From positions 5,146,001 to 5,210,000 of the forward strand of contig OU015566.1 of assembly GCA_907165135.1 (NCBI GenBank): a stretch of 64,000 nucleotides of DNA. Reading direction: 5' to 3'. Of the stretch, positions 47,976 through 59,648 are shown piece after piece. The position numbers and the translations under genes were made by a program. Below the pieces are notes generated by a model that worked only from the letters and a program-made list of their open reading frames with translations, was not told the origin of the DNA and ran no database searches. How positions within the stretch are numbered: the stretch's first letter is position 1; each line of letters opens with the position of its first letter. This stretch comes from Oikopleura dioica (Eukaryota; Animalia; Chordata).

Positions 47976-48043
47976 AGTTTATTGCAGTTTGCTGAACGTT
48001 TTCGGTCGTGAGACCATCATCAGAGCTTGTTCCTTGATAAACT
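47976..48043 (-). ncRNA. Type I hammerhead ribozyme in the 3' pLTR
   Basis: Sense strand agtttat..gct-CTGATGA-t-ggtc-tcac-gacc-GAAA-acgt-TC-agc..ataaact: catalytic core, stem II hairpin, palindromic stem III and bipartite stem I. Confidence 0.85.
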
Positions 48044-48278
48044 TGAAAATTCTTAAAGGAAAGCGTACCTTCTTTTGTAAGACTGCAGAACTGATTTAAA
48101 AACCCAAAATAACTTTGTCCCAGACTAAGGTTCTAGAAAATGTGGTGATAACTTTTAAGGTAATCGATATTTTTATCAGAGGCTCCTTACATGGTTCGAA
48201 AATGCCTCTGATCGGTAAAACAATTTAATATACTTAATTCTATTGTTAAGCAGTCCTTTAAGGACTGTGAATTTGGAG

Positions 48279-50768
48279 TTAGATTATATAAACTTGTTGA
48301 TGTTGAATTTGCTTGTTCAACGGAGGATTATGAAGACGAATTTCTAATGCTTCCATTTGTACTCTCTTTTTGTATGCTAGATTTCGGTGTAAAACTGAAA
48401 ACATTTTACTGAGATAGTCAAATCTAGATCTAAAATTATTTTGCTCATATTCTCCATTGAATCGAGCTTGAAAAATTTCATAATTTTCAGTATGAGAGAA
48501 AACTGCTGTTTGTTTCGATTTTTGTTGATGGTCAATAATTCTAGATTTTAGGCATTCACTCTCACCGATGTAAACTGCGCCGCAGTGACATTCAAATCGG
48601 TAAACAGCATTTACAGCCATATTATTATCAATCTTAGGTAACAGATTGGCAACAATTAAATTACGAATAGATACTGTCCTCAATGCCGTGTGCAGATTGT
48701 AGGAAGGGAGAAAGGTTGAAATCGTTTTTATCATTTCACTGGTAATTTTACTGACTCGTTGAGAAGTGAATGGAATGCACATAGAAAAATTTCTTTCAGA
48801 AAACTCGCTTTTTTCGAGTTTCCAATCTTTCTTCTCAATTTTACCTTCTTTAATCACTCTAGTTGCATCACGGATAATTTCTAAAGGGTAACCTTGGGCA
48901 TGATATTTCTCCTCAATTTCTTTTCGCTCTTCCTCCTGAGTTTTTGGATCCGAGTGTTTGAAAAGTGATCTTTTCAGTTCAGAAATCAAGACCCCTTTTT
49001 TCATGGATGTCGGAGCAACATCAATTTCAAAATTCATTGGGATAGTGTGTTTTCTATTGTTTCGTATTGCAATCATGTTTTTGTCATTGACATACACATT
49101 AAAGTCTAAAAACTTTATACCCTGCGGGCATGATTTTTCAACAGTAACTTTAATTTGAGGATGGAGATTTTGGAAAATATGATTGACCTGATCAAATGAA
49201 TTACGTTTGAAAAAAACAATTGTATCGTCTTGAAATCGCCTATATCCCAAAATAATTTTTTGATCAATTAGTTTTTGGATTTTTTCACGCTCAAAAATAA
49301 ATAGAAAGAAATCAGCCAAAATTGGTGAACTTGAGTCTCCCATAGCTAAACCACAAACTTGCTTATATGTTTTGTCAAAACATCTAAAGGATGTCAATCT
49401 TTGTAAGACTGATTTAAGAACTGGCTTCAAAATTGTTTTTGGAATTGGTCTTAAAAGCTTATCATTAGAATCTCTATATCTAGGTAAAATTTTTAATGGT
49501 GAATACTCAATATAAATATATTTTATCAAAAATTCAATTAAATCGTCTGTACAAACGTTAGGATAAAGCTTTGAGACATCAAATGAACAGTAATCAATTT
49601 CATTAAAATCAAATTTTTGTGATTGGATCCAACTCGAAAATTCTTTAGAGCTTCGGAAAGAAAATTTTGTTTTTATATTTCTTAATAATTTTGATAAAAA
49701 ATTACGATGGAAATTTTCTGTGATTGAATTACGAGCACTTATGATAGGTCGCATGTTTTTTCTTCGTCAAATGTCGATTTATGAACTTTCGCTAAGCCAT
49801 TCGATGTTTTTATGTTCATTATTGGTTTATTTCTATTGTAAAAATTTTTGTCTGTGAATTTTTCTAAAGAACGTAAATTTTTTCTCATTTCCGCTGAATC
49901 CTCTTCCGTCGGGTCATTTTCTACAAGAATAAATTTCTTTTTATCAGAAAATTCATTTAAAAGTGATTTCTCATTTTGTTTGCGGTCGAGAACCACAATA
50001 ACCGAATCCTTATCTCCAAGTATGAAAACTATGTCCTGATTGTTTTTAAGGAAATTTTTGATTTCCTTATTTGAACTATCTTGTCCGAAACAGCAAGAAA
50101 GTTTTTCATGAAAAACAGAAATTTTCGACTTCAAATGAAATCGAGTTAATGGTGTGAGAGCTTTAAAATCGTCATTTTTCTCTAAATGTTGTATTAAAGA
50201 ATCAAATTCACTCAGTAAATTAAGACAATGAGGACGCCCACCTGTTGGTGCACGCCAGCCTCTTTCTAGAATCGAAATAATGTTTTGAGGTATATTTTTA
50301 TTCGAAAAATTTTTGATTTCAAATTTAAGTGGTCTTTTAGATGAAGTAAATTTCTTTAATTTTTCTAATTTTAAATTCCGTTTAAAATCTCTTTCTTCAT
50401 CTCGCATTCTTGCGCGATTTTCTAGATCAATAATTATTTTCATTTTCTCTCTTTCACACGTAATAGCCTGATTTTCAAAAAATCTTGAAAGATTTTCATT
50501 AAAGATTATCCGCTTCTCTTCAACTTTTTTTGAACATTTTTCTAATTCTCTTAAAAGTATTTTATGTCTCTCCCTATTAATCCTAGATTTTCCCCAATTT
50601 TACAACAGTTGCTGGAACTTTAGTAAAAGTAGGCTTTAAATCATTTTCCGCACAGTCGCTTACGAATTCATGTGCTTTCCTGGCCCGGTGCAATCGACTT
50701 GCATGGTTTTCCAAGTTTTTCAAAAGTTGACGTCGTGTTCCATAAATTGCGTGATTGATAATTGACAT
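48279..50768 (-). CDS. PLE polyprotein: RT + C-terminal GIY-YIG endonuclease (two 1-nt shifts in A-runs)
   Basis: GLAKVHK...MRPIIS, SFDVSKLYPNV, KQVCGLAMGDSSSPILA, YRRFQDD, IKFLDFNV, AVYRFECHCGAVYIGES...RIIDH, MEALEI. ORFs 50583-50768, 49739-50443 and 48279-49754 join with single-base corrections near 50590 and 49760. Confidence 0.92.
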
Positions 50769-50786
50769 CGTGTTGATAAATGTAGG

Positions 50787-50854
50787 AGTTTATTGCAGTT
50801 TGCTGAACGTTTTCGGTCGTGAGACCATCATCAGAGCTTGTTCCTTGATAAACT
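50787..50854 (-). ncRNA. Type I hammerhead ribozyme in the 5' pLTR
   Basis: Identical copy, ending about 20 nt upstream of the ORF ATG at 50768. Confidence 0.85.
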
Positions 50855-51073
50855 TGAAAATTCTTAAAGGAAAGCGTACCTTCTTTTGTAAGACTGCAGA
50901 ACTGATTTAAAAACCCAAAATAACTTTGTCCCAGACTAAGGTTCTAGAAAATGTGGTGATAACTTTTTAAGGTAATCGATATTTTTATCAGAGGCTCCTT
51001 ACATGGTTCGAAAATGCCTCTGATCGGTAAAACAATTTAATATACTTAATTCTATTGTTAAGCAGTCCTTTAA

Positions 51074-51352
51074 CCCTACGCCGCCAAATGTGCCATATAT
51101 GGCACAACGTCTTTCCAACACCCATTTTTCTCTCCGTCATCATTTCGGTTTCTTCCACTTTTATTCATTTTCGGGCAATAGTCTGGGCTTGGGTTTGGGT
51201 TCATTTTTGAGCTCGGGTTCTGGTTCGAGTTCGGATCATGGTTAAGGTTCGGGTTCGGCCATTATATGGGGCCTAGGACGACGGAAAAGATAATGTGCCA
51301 TATATGGCACATTTGGCGGCGGGGGGTGAAATTTTAGTTTGGCGGCGTAAGG
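51074..51352. mobile_element. piggyBac-type MITE inside the 5' pLTR
   Basis: ttaa|ccctacgccgccaaa ... tttggcggcgtaagg|ttaa. The 3' pLTR has the empty site cctttaaggactg. Confidence 0.9.
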
Positions 51353-51690
51353 TTAAGGACTGTGAATTTGGAGTTAGATTATATAAACTTGTTGATGTTG
51401 AATTTGCTTGTTCAACGGAGGATTATGAAGACGAATTTCTAATGCTTCCATTTGTACTCTCTTTTTGTATGCTAGATTTCGGTGTAAAACTGAAAACATT
51501 TTACTGAGATAGTCAAATCTAGATCTAAAATTATTTTGCTCATATTCTTCATTGAATCGAAAATATCGATTACCTTAAAAAGTTATCACCACATTTTCTA
51601 GAACCTTAGTCTGGGACAAAGTTATTTTGGGTTTTTAAATCAGTTCTGCAGTCTTACAAAAGAAGGTACGCTTTCCTTTAAGAATTTTCA

Positions 51691-51758
51691 AGTTTATCAA
51701 GGAACAAGCTCTGATGATGGTCTCACGACCGAAAACGTTCAGCAAACTGCAATAAACT
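51691..51758 (+). ncRNA. Type I hammerhead ribozyme in the inverted pLTR segment
   Basis: CTGATGA at 51711-51717, GAAA at 51731-51734, predicted cleavage after C51740. Confidence 0.85.
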
Positions 51759-52259
51759 CCTACATTTATCAACACGATGTCAATTATCAATCACGCAACA
51801 TTCAATATTGTCAAACTGAGTTAAAGTTTACAAGCAGCTTTACTTCTTGGCCATAAAGACCAAATTTTGATTGTCCGATTTCATACAGTAAAACAGTGCA
51901 CAGTTTATACAAATCATTTTTTACTTTTTACAGTTTGAAAATCAGTCTTTGATGGATCTCGAATCAAGGGATTCCCGTTTTCTTGCTCTTCTGAAATTTC
52001 GCGGCTTAAAAACAGTACAAAAAGGGAGAGCTCGATTTTTACCGAAACTAATGGAAAATAATTTCGGTTCTTAGAGCTGGACGTGCTTGATTGACGAATC
52101 CTCTTCTGCGGGAAGCGCTGAGTGTTCACGTAAGCCTGCTCAGGCACGGTCGCAAGAGGCGTCCTTGAAGAAGTTGGAGTCACCAGGCTGGTGTAGAGCG
52201 TGTCGGGAGACGAGACTCCGCCGTCCTGGGAAGTGCTGTTGAGCGGCGAGAGCCTGAAA

Positions 52260-55200
52260 AGAAATGTTGGTCTAAAGGAAGTCCCTCTTCCTACGGTTGA
52301 TAGTTGTAACGATTCTTGGAGAAGAAATTTAAGTCATCGCGAGAGGAAGAATCGGCGAAAGACAGCGGTAACGGACTTGCCACTGAGAAAAGCGGACTGT
52401 CGGAGCCAATCGACACTTTCTTCAACATTCTGAGCGCCTCGTCGAAAGAGCATCTTTACTCGGTTTTAAATTAATGAAAACAAATCCCTTTTTTAGGTTA
52501 TTTAAGGACCCTCCCCCCTCAATTTTCTGCAAATCAATTTTTTTTAAATCTAACTGAAGCCATTTTCGACCCTTCTTTGCGATGAAGATCTTAACTAATG
52601 CTGTCCTTACACAAGAATATTTTCAGTATCATTTGCGAGATTACTATTTTCAAAGATTTAAAACCTCTACTGAGCGCAAAATTGATTCTCAGACAGTCAT
52701 CCATCACTTTTTCGACTTCTTCGGGCATAAAGTCAGGCTTCTTGAGTCCATGCTCTTCTTGGCAAAAGCGGAAGTCTCTGGTGTAGTACTCGATCATCTC
52801 AGCAAGGGTTTTCTCTTTGAAGACTTGTTCTCCCCAAGAGTATGCCTCCCACAGGAGAATTCCGAAACTCCAAACATCCGAGAACTCGGAGAACTTGGAA
52901 GGAAGAGATAGCACTTCCGGTGCGCACTGTCTCCACGGCAGCTGTTCGGACGCTTCCGAAATCAAGAATCTCGTCCCATCCACTTTTCTCGCCATACCGA
53001 AATCGCCGATCTTGGCGATGAAAAACTTCTGCGTCTCGGAATTCTCAATTGATGAAATGAATATGTTGCGACAAGCAATATCGCGGTGGACCACATTCAT
53101 CGCCGCTATATGTCGACAGCCTTCCGCAATTTGAGTGACTATTTTGTTCAGACAAACTTGGAAGCTTTCTTTTACTTTTAAAAGGCATTTTAAGAGTCAA
53201 ACCTAAGGCACACATTTAATTTTAGTCTTAACAAATCTCTCGAAAAATTGCCTTTCCTATTTCCGAGTTATCTTTGTCCGCCGCATTCAAATAATTCGGG
53301 CTCATCATTTTTTCCAAGAATGTCAGCAAATCCATATGGTCGCAGTACTCGGTGACCATGTACAGGGAAATTCCGTGAACGCAAAAGCCAAGCAGCTTGA
53401 TCACATTTCGATGCTGGACCAGTTCAAGAAAAGCGCCTTCCGTTATAAACTCTTTTAAGTTTTCCTGGAATTCTTTTTGCGAATTGAGTCCGTAGTGCAC
53501 CACTTTTATCGTTTTTATAGCCACTTTTTTGCCATTGGCCGTTTATTCGTGAGTTGATGCAGTAAACGTAGCCGAAGTGGCCCTGGCCGAGCTCTTCTTG
53601 CGATGACTCGTCGAAATCCTCGGTCTTCATGAACTTGTCCTCGATGCCTTCTACCGTCATATTGAGACACAAGTCCTGAATGTACCGCGTCGTTGCTCGC
53701 TCGATCTGGCAAAGCTGCGTGTCCAGCTCTCGCTGCTTGTTTTTTCTTCTTTTGTAAATATACAAAGAATGCGCTGCTACCAACATTATCACGCAGCAGA
53801 CAATCAGAGCGATGATCACACTTTTAGACTTCTTGCATTTGAAGCCAGCAGACTTTCTGTTGATTTCCTTGATGATTTCGGAATATCGAGTAGACGCGTT
53901 TTTGCCGAGCTCTTTCTCGAGCCACTTTGCAATTACTTGATTGTCGATTACTTTTTTCTGGTAAATAATTCGATTCGCAGAGTTCCCGTAAGCATCGCAA
54001 ATTTTCACTAAAACGAAATTTTTACGCATAAATAAACCGATGAAAATAACCATTAATGTTAGTTCCGTTCGTAAAAATGGTTTCCAAAATGCTCATTACG
54101 TTTTCTAAACTCTTCAGGTCTGCGCCAGTGTCCAACGACTTGTTCACATATTTATCGTGAATTCTAAGAATGCGAAAATCACAAACAAAAGAAAACTAAC
54201 TTGTAAATATCCAAGAGAGCTTGAATTGTCACAGTTCTCTCAAAAGTGCTAAAAGGCTGGTTTAAATCTGCACCTAGCGAGACAAGCTCTTTAAAGTGAT
54301 CCGGATAGCCCTTAAATTGGCTGTTTAATTTGTGGAAAAACGTGAATAAGAATTCGACAATCCTTATTTATTTAATATTTAAATATTATTATATAATATT
54401 TATTTCATTACAGGTTGCCGAGCCAAAGGCCTGAAGCAAGAGATATCCAAGTGGTGTTAGTCTGTGAGGCGTATTGCCGAAATTCAGGTTTTGGAAGGAA
54501 GATAGTTTCAGCCCATGCTTGACCATCATTCGCGAAAAAATAGAGAACGGCGAGCCGCCACGCGAAGATAACGAAACCTGCATGATTGATGGCGAGTTTA
54601 AAATAAGCCAGATGACGCTTCCATCGAAGGAATTCATCGAAATCTCGGGATGCATGAAGAACGAGATTCTCGACAAATTCGCATACGTACTGATCGGCAG
54701 ATTTATGAAATAATTCAAATGTTTCCCGAAGAATTTTTCTTCTATGGAGCTGATTACTCGGAGGTACAGCGAGATGTTTCCATTTACGTCTGGAAAGACA
54801 TCGCCTTGGACGACGTCGACTCCGACAACATTTGTTGCAAAAAGGAGATTGCGGATGACGTAGTTCAACGCGCAATCAAGGCACCGTCCATCGATACTTT
54901 TGTTTTTGCAGAATTTCAATTTCACGCACTCAGCCGAGTCAAGATATTTAAGCAGTTGGCTAAAATCTGAATTGCCTCCTTTCTCACTGGCCAAATTTCC
55001 ACTGAGAATTTGTCGAATAAAAATTTCGTTTTCCAAAAAATCCGAAATAATCTCCAGTTCCCAGGGGGACCATTGCGGCGGAGCTTGGCTCGTCAATTGG
55101 AATTTTAGTCCGTAGAGAGTGGAGAATATCACAATATCGACTGCGTCCATTATCATCAAGTTTTCCTCTTCAAACTGAATCGTTGTCAGAAACTCTGTTT

Positions 55201-58200
55201 TTTCTGGAAAGTCCTGTGCTTGGCTCGGCAGCCTTTGAAGATAACCTGGGTCAGGGTTCGGAAAATTTCAAGAAAAATGCGCGGCTATTTTAAAAAGGAA
55301 GCCGCATTAAGTTTGCCAAGCCAAGTCCTGCGTCAAATGAACAAGCTCCGTAATGTTGAACTGATCAGAGTCAAAAGTTGACATAAACAAGTGATGTTGG
55401 CTTTTTAAAATGACTTTCAGGATTTTTATGATTCTTTTCCCACTAATATTGAGTCTGTCCAATTCTTGCAGAGACCAATTAGCTGCATTGAGGCCGCGAA
55501 GAAACTCCGTCAAAACAAGCCCAATCGGATTTTCTGGAAAGGCGAGCTCGACATCTTCAATCAGCGAGTCAAAATACACATTTAAAAAGTTGAGTATTTC
55601 TTGAGTTTTGTAATGCGGCCAGCTCGGGTCAATGTACCTTCTGATGAGCTGGACAATCGCGGTTGGCTGAAGTTCTGTGGGAAACTCGCCAATTATTTTC
55701 AGAGTGTCGGAGATATCTTCCAAGTGTTCCAGATTCCACAATAGCAATTTTAATGGTGGCACTTCTCCAAGAGCAGCTAAAATTGGAACATCTTGGGAGG
55801 ATAAAAAGCTATCAAATAATAAGGGTTATTATAAGCAGACCCTAATAGACTTTGAGTACTAAACAAAATTCTAATTTAAAAAATCAAAATCGAAAGTAAC
55901 GATTTTTACCCAGAACTGGGAAAGTGCATTTATCCTCGTTAAATTGACTTTTCATAATATTCTTGATTCCTCGCTGCAAATTGCTGTGATGCGTAAAGAT
56001 CGGATGCCTTATAATGTGTTCGTAAGAACTGGTGATCATCAAGTAATGTAGAATCGTGCAATTGTTAACGTCGCGCGAATTAATTAGCTGCGTGCGAATT
56101 TCCAACACAGAAGGGTCCGAATTTACTTTGCGTGCTAGATGAGTCAGCATACTTTCGATGTCTTTTATGTAAGTCTGATAGCCAGTCCATCCTTATTTGT
56201 TATTAGAAAAGATGGCTGCTTTTTGGTTTTCGTCAAATTGAATTATGAGTTTTGATTCTGATAATTTGAAAAATAATTTCTTATTCATATTATTAATATA
56301 TTTTTTAAAAATATAATATGAATATTTAAAACTAAAGTTTAACTTTATCGTTTACATATTCTTATCATGTCTTACCAAAGCCGCCACCGAAAGAATCCTC
56401 CACAAAGTATTCCATCGGATTTGAAAAAAGGACCCACATGAGAATATTTCTTCGAAAAACAGGGTCATGACTAACAAGGGTGCTGTGAGTCTGTTCTCCT
56501 GTTTGGCCGAAGAGTTTTTCGAAGCTGTAGCTTTCAAAATTGTGAATTTTGAGGGAGGCGTAGAGTTGAAGCGGACTCATTTCGTAGAACACACCTGTGC
56601 ATGTTTCCGCATCTCCAGACCAACTGTTTGTTGACTCGTTCGTTATGCAGAGCTGCGAAGAATCCATCGAAATCCAGGCCCTGTCGCAGCTCAAAAACTG
56701 AACCAACAGATCTTCCTTGTTATAAATAAGCGCGAAACTAGCAAGATTTCCGTAAAGCCGAATGTACTTGTTTTTCAGCAAATGCTTGATCGGATGAAGG
56801 TAAAGATGTTTCTCGCGAAGCAGTTTTTCGTCTTGCTTTTGACAAGGCTGCATCGCGTTTTGAATTCTCCTCCGTAGCGTTCTTTCCCCGCAAAAATCTT
56901 GATTCGCTTCTTTCGGCTGAGAACTGACAGACACAATTTGACTCTTGGCCGGAATGCGCTTTGCAACGAGGCTTTTTAGGCTGTCGCGATCGAGACAAAT
57001 CGACTTTTGAATGAGTTTGTTTCTATCGCAGCCCGTTTCCGCGAATTTCTTCCGATTGATTTCGAAGAGAGACACCACGTCGTACATTAGACATTTTTCG
57101 GCAAAGTCGAACAAGATTCGGCAGAGTTTACTGTGATCGGAAGTGTTTTTCATGCGAGTTCCGTCTATCGGCGCCTTTTAATGGTTTCGAAAAAAAGAAA
57201 TGAAAAACGGAAAATATTTCGAATCAAACCATTTCATAAATCAACTCTGCTGGAAGTGTATTATTTCTTCGTTTTTCGTCCTTGATGAATTCCACCTCGA
57301 AGAAGTGGTGGAAGAGATCATTCAGTTCCACCCAACCAGCTTGCGACAAAAACCAATTCTTGACAAACTGTTTCTCAAGCAGCGGCGTCAAAAAGCGCAA
57401 AACACTTGTCATCACTTTGACGCTCCGGACGTCATTTATGTATTCTACGTACTCGAGATTCTCGACGATTCTCAGCAGCAATTTGATGATGTCGATCATT
57501 GAGTCGTTGAAATTCCTCATGATCTTTTCCGAAAACTTGTACTCCGAGCCGTAATGATCGACAAAAAGCAGCGTGGAATTGACGACGGAGTCGAGCACGC
57601 TCGCCATGGCGATCAGTTGGTAGCACTCGAAGTTGTCCTGCGAGCAGCTGTCCGGAGAATTGAAAAACGTATCCATGCTCTTTTGGAAGCGATTGACTCG
57701 CTCGCGGATAAAATTGCCTTCTCCCGAAAAGGTCTCTTCCATCCGTTCAATGCTCAGAAGCGAGTCCACCACTGGCCGCAGATTTTCAGGCTGAAGGTAA
57801 TTCATGAAGTTGAGGTGGAGTCGCTTGCTGACGTCCATTTCGAATTGCGGAAACATAGAAGAGAGCTTGAACTCGTTCTCGATCGGGGCGAAGGAACGTT
57901 TTCGGCGCTCAAGCGAATCCATCAACGAGTCGAAGAGCTGGCGCGATTTGAATGTGTCGTAAAGCTTAATATTTATGAAGAAAATTTTTACTTTTTTAAC
58001 CCATCACTAGAGCCCGAAACGATTTAATAAATATATTCTTGTTTAAACTTGCAAATTCAACCAAAAACGACTGAGAAGATGAAAAAAAAAGTAGTGCATC
58101 CCCTTAATTTTTAACTTTGGGCCGATTGAAAAATCGCCGATTTTATTTGAACAGAATTGATCTTTCTTTAAAAATCTAAGCCTGCTGGAACGTCGGCCGC

Positions 58201-59426
58201 ACCCTTAACCCCTATACGGGAGCGCGCCTAAAGAACCCCCTTACGGGAGCTGTACAATTTTTGTCGATTTGGCCTTTCTCTTGAGATAATCTTCTGAAAA
58301 TTCAAGGTTATACATAAACGAATATTCTCTTTTAAACTGCACTTTTAGATTTTTCGAAAACAAAAGATTTAGCGCTAGAATTTGTTTTTTTCATAAATTT
58401 ATTCTGCCATTTTTTTTGTTAAATATTCATGATATCACTCTAAAAGTACGATTTTTGAATTCTACATACTTGAAAACCTATAAATAAACTATAAACGAGA
58501 CCTCAGAGACTTCCAAAAGATGCAGTCAATTTTTTCTTTCCTCGAAGCGCGCGGGTTTAGGTGAGAAAAACGGTACTTGTACAGTGCTCGCGTTGCTTAT
58601 CAGACTGAAATTTTGCGGAAAGGTGTGTAAGGCGTGTGCAAAAACTCATTAGAGTTTTCATGTCATTCCGATTCACCAGTTCCATTTGGCTGGCGATTAT
58701 ATCCCGAAATCGACAAAAATTGTACACCTCCCGTATAGGGGTTAAGAATGTTCCAACAAAGAAAAAAAAAATAATGCATACTTATAATTGCTAAATTTGG
58801 GCCGAGCGAAAAATTACCATCCTATTGTTTGTCACGGCCGAGATAACTCCGATGTTGTGGTAAAGAAGTCCGCAGTCCAAAATGTCGAATCCAAATTTGT
58901 CTTTTGCCTCGACATCTGCGCCAAGATCGATCATTTTCGAGAGAAGAGAAACATAATCATTTGTGCGAAGAGTCTGCTTGTAAGGATCTGTCTTGGGTCC
59001 TTGAAAACAAGCGAGGCTGAGAAGAGCAGTTTGCCCGAATTGATTTAGCAAGTTCAGAGTGCTTTGATTGAGATCTGTTCTTTTGAGAAAACTTTCGACT
59101 TGCAAAAAGGAGCTGTCTGTGGTGGCGAAACTCAGGACCGGTATTTTCTCGCCGGCGAAAGAAGTTCCACACAGATACATCGTTCGATTCGACTTTTGTT
59201 CGCAAGGCTCGCATAGCTCCAATAAGAACTCATTTGTTATTCCCTCGTTAGAGTTGATCCTGTCTCTCTGCGAGTGGCAATAAGTGGCGAATCCGTCACA
59301 TGATTTCTCAGTACAGTAATTGAAGAAATCGGCTGCCAGGGCAATAAAGTGCTCGTACTGAAGATAATCACCTACGTTTCTTGCTTCTCTGAGAGGAAAG
59401 AATAAAAATAAAAAACATGCTCTCAT
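52260..59426 (-). CDS. Putative receptor tyrosine kinase: signal peptide, Cys-rich segment, ankyrin-like ectodomain, TM, TK (about 1,800 aa estimated; a few lesions)
   Basis: In-frame GT-AG joins link ORFs 58791-59426, 57224-57925, 56365-57153 and the exon containing 55884-56150. TM VIIALIVCCVIMLVAAHSLYIY followed by KRRKNK. Kinase motifs LGQGHFG, VAIK, HRDIACRN, DFG, SDVWSFGILLWE. Lesions: TAA near 56192, shifts near 55810 and 53525, and an unresolved join near 54400. Confidence 0.7.
55217..55322. mobile_element. Internally deleted hAT MITE (3336 family) in the RTK coding exon
   Basis: Ends tgcttggc / gccaagcc; perfect 8-bp TSD aagtcctg at 55209-55216 and 55323-55330; shares ctcggcagcc, cctg.gtcaggg and aagccgc motifs with 3336-3584. 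Confidence 0.85.
58209..58741. mobile_element. piggyBac-type MITE in RTK intron 1
   Basis: ttaa|cccctatacgggag ... ctcccgtatagggg|ttaa (14-bp perfect TIR). Confidence 0.9.
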
Positions 59427-59648
59427 TCTTTTTTTTCTGAAAATTCCGATTTCAGAAAAATCTTATTATGATTTTCCCTATTGCGGAAGCTTTCGAACGA
59501 AGACCGGCCAACGCTCCTTATTCAATCGATTTTATGCTTCTCGTTTCCTCCGGTGAGAGAAATTAAAATTAAGAAGATCAGTTGAAATACAAAAATAATT
59601 TATTTATGAAACAAAAATACGAAATGCAAGTCTTTTTGATTCTGACGG

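Larger units (their letters stand above)
47973..51796 (-). mobile_element. Complete Penelope-like retroelement: pLTR-ORF-pLTR plus inverted 5' segment
   Basis: Direct repeats 47973-48463 and 50784-51560 (the latter with a MITE). 51560-51798 is the reverse complement of 50747-50985. Flanking direct repeat aacattcaatattgt at 47958-47972 and 51797-51811. Confidence 0.93.

Noticed and set aside
49739-50768. Programmed ribosomal frameshifting or separate ORF1/ORF2 in the PLE
   Set aside because: Both breaks are single-base differences in A-runs, and the window shows homopolymer indels between otherwise identical repeats. PLEs typically have a single ORF.
54389-55159. Leucine-rich-repeat ectodomain
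   Set aside because: No regular LxxLxLxxN periodicity; the end of the segment fits ankyrin-like motifs better.
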